DNA from: Cyanobacteria bacterium auto_48_18
Lineage (GTDB): Bacteria > Cyanobacteriota > Vampirovibrionia > Obscuribacterales > Obscuribacteraceae
Assembly (NCBI GenBank): GCA_036170915.1
Contig: JAVHQC010000036.1
Coordinates: forward strand, 160,001-224,000
Reading direction: 5' to 3'
Length of the DNA stretch: 64,000 nucleotides
The notes beneath the pieces are model-generated. The model searched no databases, was not told where the DNA came from, and saw nothing but the letters and a program-made list of their open reading frames with translations. The translations under genes and the position numbers were made by a program. Positions 60,268 through 64,000 of the stretch are shown here, piece by piece. Numbering within the stretch: position 1 is the stretch's first letter; every line of letters starts with the position of its first letter.

Positions 60268-60735
60268 ATGGCATCCAACGATTTAGATTCACCAAAACAA
60301 CTCTACTTAGACGACTTCAAAGTCGGCGCGGTTTTTACAAGCGACACTCTCAACATTTCAACAGAACAGATTATAGAATTTGCTCGTCAGTTTGATCCAC
60401 AACCTTTTCATACCGATGAACAGGCAGCCAAAGATACTTTTTTCCAAGGCCTGGCCGCCAGCGGCTGGCACACGGCGTCTTTGACAATGTCACTATTGGT
60501 AAGAAGCGGATTTCCATGTGCTGGAGCACTTGTAGGCCTCGGCGCCGACGTTAAATGGCCTATTCCCACAAGGCCAGGCGATAGCCTACACGTAGAGACA
60601 GAGGTGTTGGAGATTAAGGCCTTGCGATCTAAACCTGACAAGGGCATTATTACTTTACGCTGTAGCACCATCAATCAAAATAACGAAGCCGTGCAGATTA
60701 TGGTGACGAAGGTTTTAATTCCGAAGCGGGCTTGA
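60268..60735 (+). CDS. MaoC family dehydratase
   Basis: FARQFDPQPFHTD, GLAASGWHT, RPGD. Confidence 0.92.
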   Translation: MASNDLDSPKQLYLDDFKVGAVFTSDTLNISTEQIIEFARQFDPQPFHTDEQAAKDTFFQGLAASGWHTASLTMSLLVRSGFPCAGALVGLGADVKWPIPTRPGDSLHVETEVLEIKALRSKPDKGIITLRCSTINQNNEAVQIMVTKVLIPKRA

Positions 60736-60752
60736 AATGGACATTTAAAGCA

Positions 60753-62744
60753 TTAGTTGTCGATAGCATCAGCTTCTTTAATCAAAATCGCAGCCTCGGC
60801 TTTCTTGCCGATTTGCGTGTGATAATCGGCATAACTACGCAGGCAGAGTTCAAGTATTTCGTGCGGTGCTTTGCATTTACGTGCAATTTCAAGAGCCTGC
60901 GAAAGTTCTGCTCCAGCTTTAGTAACTTGATTGCGATCAATATCAAATTGACCCAGTTTAGCCAGAGCACGAGCATATAGCTCTGGGCGGCGATCAGCCT
61001 TGTTTTTATATACAGCCACTGCGTCGGCCAGAAGCGGCCGCACCCTTTCATACTTGCGCTGTGCTTGCAGACAATCGGCCAGCTGTGTGGCAATTTCCGC
61101 CGTCTGCACAGAATCATTGCCGAGACGCTTTCTTGCTACTTCTAGAGCTTTTGATAAAAGTAGTTCTTCTCTCTCATAAAGATTCTGCCCATGCAGTTTC
61201 TTTGACACTGAAAGCAACATCGGCACTTGCGCCTCCGCTTTCAATTGTGAACTACCATCGGTGTTAGCACTCAGCGGTGTCTTTTCCAGCTTCTCAATCA
61301 GCTCAAGCAAATTATCAGCTTCATGAGTGACCCGATCGTTTTCGATTTGCCTGATTTCGCTGTTGGTTTTTGACAGCGCTTCAGCATGGCCATCCCAGTG
61401 CTCGTACAGTTCACTTTTTCTGTCGAGAACCAGATTCAGACGAACTTTATGATCTCCAAACTGCCGTGCCATCTCCTCAGCTTGATTGAGTTTTTGCTCG
61501 GCCAGAGCGTAGTTTTTGTCTTTCAGTGCGCTGTCACCGTCAGCTAGAGTCAACTGCCAGAGCATCTTTTTCAGTGGCGTTCCTCGATCGTCCGGAGGGC
61601 CAGGCCACATTGATATAAATCCAACAATTCCTACCAATAAAGTCAGGGTCAGGCCGGCCAGGACCCATGGAGCTGTGTGCTTAGCAGTTGCCTGAGCCGA
61701 CTTTACTGCCGGCCGCGCCGCACTGATACTCGAGATATGAGTACGGCTCGAGCCCAATAAAGCAGTGGTGATATAGACAAGAGTGTCGCGCAGTTCGCTC
61801 ACACTACTGAAGCGCGCCGAAGGATCTTTGGCCATGCACTTAGCAATAATGTTTTCCAATTCATCAGGCACTTTTGCATCTGGTGCGGACACGTTAATGG
61901 GCTTGGCCACCTCACCCACGTGCATGTTCATAGTTTCCAGAAAACCGCCGCCCACAAAAGGCGGCTCTCCAGCCAGAGTCTCATACATCAAACAGCCAAG
62001 GGCATAAATGTCTGAGCGAGCGTCAAGTTCTTTTCCAAGACATTGCTCTGGGCTCATATAAATTGGGCTGCCAAAAACTTCGCCGGTCTTTGTTAATTGC
62101 TGTTGCTCTTTGCCGGGCTGCGACATTATTTTGGCGATACCAAAATCTACCAGTCGTACCAGCTCTGAACCATCATCTTGTTTAGTTACGACAACGTTGG
62201 CCGGTTTCAAGTCGCGGTGAATAATTCCTCTTTTGTGCGCCGCTTCCAGGCCGTCACAAATTTGTTTAAAGAGTGATAGAGCACGGTCAAACGGAATGCG
62301 ACCCTTGCGATCAATCATATCTTTGAGGCTTTCGCCTTCAAGACAATCCATAACAAAGAATGGCTCGCCGTCTGGTGTGACGCCAAAGTCATAAACAGTA
62401 ATGACGTTCTGGTGGCTAAGTGAGCTGGCGGCTTGAGCTTCAAGTTTAAATCTTTCCAGTGCCACCACATCTTGCTTCAAAACATTGTGCAGCATTTTAA
62501 TGGCCACAGTTCTGTCCATTAACTTATGCTTGGCTTTATAGACCACACTCATGCCGCCCAGTCCTAGAACTGATTCAATCAAATAGCGCTCAGCAAAAAC
62601 TTTGCCTATCCACGGATCATTCTTCGGGCCGCGCAAAACAGTCTGATCTTGCGGGCAATTTTCAATAAAACCTTCGTACTGTTGGAAGCACTGCGGACAA
62701 TACTTTTTCTCAATAGTGACTTTCTGCGTACTTGAATCGTCCAT
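60753..62744 (-). CDS. Hanks-type Ser/Thr kinase with TM helix and C-terminal TPRs
   Basis: CPQC...CPQD, GLGGMSVVY, VAIK, HRDLKPAN, DFG, SPE; TM helix; TPR tail. Confidence 0.95.
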   Translation of the reverse strand: MDDSSTQKVTIEKKYCPQCFQQYEGFIENCPQDQTVLRGPKNDPWIGKVFAERYLIESVLGLGGMSVVYKAKHKLMDRTVAIKMLHNVLKQDVVALERFKLEAQAASSLSHQNVITVYDFGVTPDGEPFFVMDCLEGESLKDMIDRKGRIPFDRALSLFKQICDGLEAAHKRGIIHRDLKPANVVVTKQDDGSELVRLVDFGIAKIMSQPGKEQQQLTKTGEVFGSPIYMSPEQCLGKELDARSDIYALGCLMYETLAGEPPFVGGGFLETMNMHVGEVAKPINVSAPDAKVPDELENIIAKCMAKDPSARFSSVSELRDTLVYITTALLGSSRTHISSISAARPAVKSAQATAKHTAPWVLAGLTLTLLVGIVGFISMWPGPPDDRGTPLKKMLWQLTLADGDSALKDKNYALAEQKLNQAEEMARQFGDHKVRLNLVLDRKSELYEHWDGHAEALSKTNSEIRQIENDRVTHEADNLLELIEKLEKTPLSANTDGSSQLKAEAQVPMLLSVSKKLHGQNLYEREELLLSKALEVARKRLGNDSVQTAEIATQLADCLQAQRKYERVRPLLADAVAVYKNKADRRPELYARALAKLGQFDIDRNQVTKAGAELSQALEIARKCKAPHEILELCLRSYADYHTQIGKKAEAAILIKEADAIDN

Positions 62745-62821
62745 GCCAATGCAAACCTGATCTTTGTCTAACCGATAAGTGTATTATATGTCAGCTTTTC
62801 AACAAACAGGCGGTATAAAAG

Positions 62822-63928
62822 ATGGGTCGTTTTAATGATCTCTGGGCCTCCGGCAAGTTTGCTATGCAAAGAAACAAAGAGGCAGACGCATCACGTCTGC
62901 GAGAGGCTGCAGAGCGAGCATCAGAGCTTTCTCCAGAGCTTGCCGTGCCTGATAGCTCAAAGGCGATATTCGACGCGCTTAAGGCCAAGCGCGGACAGGA
63001 GACAGGCCGTTGGCTTAACGGGCTGTTACCTGCCAATGTTGAAAAACCTATGGAAACTCAGGCTGCCAGCACCACGGCTTTTGAAGAGGTGACCGCCTGG
63101 ATTGACAAGCTGGGTGCTCAATTTGACGAGTTGACCTATGAGTTTAATAAAAAAGCCATTGGCACAAACCTCTATGTCTCTTGCGAGAAACCAAGGCTTT
63201 TTGAGAAAAGAAATGACGACGTCTGGTATAGACCGGTAGAAAAAAGCTACAAAGGCCGGCTAACTACTCGCGACTGGGCCATGATTGTGCGCGGACAAGA
63301 ACACAAAATTAGCGTTTTTGTTATTCCCGCAGAAATGGTAATGGCTTTTGATACTGATACTATTGGTGAGGACGAAATGCCACCATTGATGGAAATTGCC
63401 CGCACCACAGATGGTGCAAATTCTGTCTGGAAAATTGGCGGCGAAGTTGTACCAATTGAAACCATGCCTCATCTAGCTAAAGAACTTTTTGGCGATTTGA
63501 TTCGTCTCTCGAGCGGCGTTATGAGCGAAGCTGAGCTCATGGGCCACCACGAAGCCACCCTATCGCTAGGTGAAAATATAGCAGTAGGCTATCAGCCAGA
63601 AGTGAAACCAGTGGCAACGCCGGCAGCGAGTGTTCAAGCGCAACAAAATTCGTCTTCAGACGCTGGTGATAATGCGCCTGATCAGGTAATTTCTAAAGCT
63701 TGCGATATTGTCGACGAAATTCTTGATCAAGAACTAAAGCAGCTCTATGCTACAGCTTCGCAATATAAACCTGGAACGCCCGAATCAAGCGCCATTCGCC
63801 GCAAAATTTCGGCTACTGAAACCTTCCATAATAAAATTATTGATGCTTTTAAAGAATATACTCATGCCATTTTAATCAGCCAATCAAAAGCTGACGTAGG
63901 CAATTTAGAACCTGAACTGAGTAAATAA
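62822..63928 (+). CDS. Hypothetical protein, paralog of 55567..56232
   Basis: 368-aa ORF with shared domain. Confidence 0.75.
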   Translation: MGRFNDLWASGKFAMQRNKEADASRLREAAERASELSPELAVPDSSKAIFDALKAKRGQETGRWLNGLLPANVEKPMETQAASTTAFEEVTAWIDKLGAQFDELTYEFNKKAIGTNLYVSCEKPRLFEKRNDDVWYRPVEKSYKGRLTTRDWAMIVRGQEHKISVFVIPAEMVMAFDTDTIGEDEMPPLMEIARTTDGANSVWKIGGEVVPIETMPHLAKELFGDLIRLSSGVMSEAELMGHHEATLSLGENIAVGYQPEVKPVATPAASVQAQQNSSSDAGDNAPDQVISKACDIVDEILDQELKQLYATASQYKPGTPESSAIRRKISATETFHNKIIDAFKEYTHAILISQSKADVGNLEPELSK

Positions 63929-63943
63929 ACTCATTAAAGTCGA

Positions 63944-64000
63944 CTATTCAGCCAACTTCTCTTTGAGCTCTTTTTCGGCTTCCAATCTGTGTGGCTCGGC
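63944..64000 (-). CDS. 3' end of a gene entering from beyond the window
   Basis: Open frame AEPHRLEAEKELKEKLAE-stop. Confidence 0.4.
   Translation of the reverse strand, partial: AEPHRLEAEKELKEKLAE

Overview
Core-genome window with no mobile elements, CRISPR array or rRNA. Gene content and order suggest a non-photosynthetic member of the cyanobacterial lineage such as Melainabacteria/Vampirovibrionia (inference): a cyanobacterial-style atp operon with b and b' but no beta/epsilon, a PspA/Vipp1-family gene, SepF, and many lineage-specific TPR, kinase and hypothetical genes. Recognisable blocks are fabG-acpP-fabF-gatA-cysK, panB, SpoIID-rseP, atp(I,a,c,b',b,delta,alpha,gamma), pspA/tgt, smc-scpA-scpB-ispD-sepF, M16 peptidase-dut-dapB-dapA-rnj-mnmH, a glycosyltransferase cluster, tRNA-Thr(CGT), a POT transporter and a Ser/Thr kinase. 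The best leads are: (1) an unannotated ~200-nt structured RNA beside the tRNA; (2) a ~100-nt sRNA candidate with an exposed anti-Shine-Dalgarno tract after sepF; (3) a SpoIID protein with an N-terminal module resembling acyl-CoA carboxylase epsilon/PccX; (4) a stand-alone poly-MshEN protein divergent from smc; (5) a CACCA-N4-TGGTG palindrome upstream of both smc and sepF; (6) a 1055-aa M48-like metalloprotease/effector candidate; (7) several apparent pseudo-enzymes; (8) two paralogs sharing an unnamed domain. All calls are by eye and no database searches were run.
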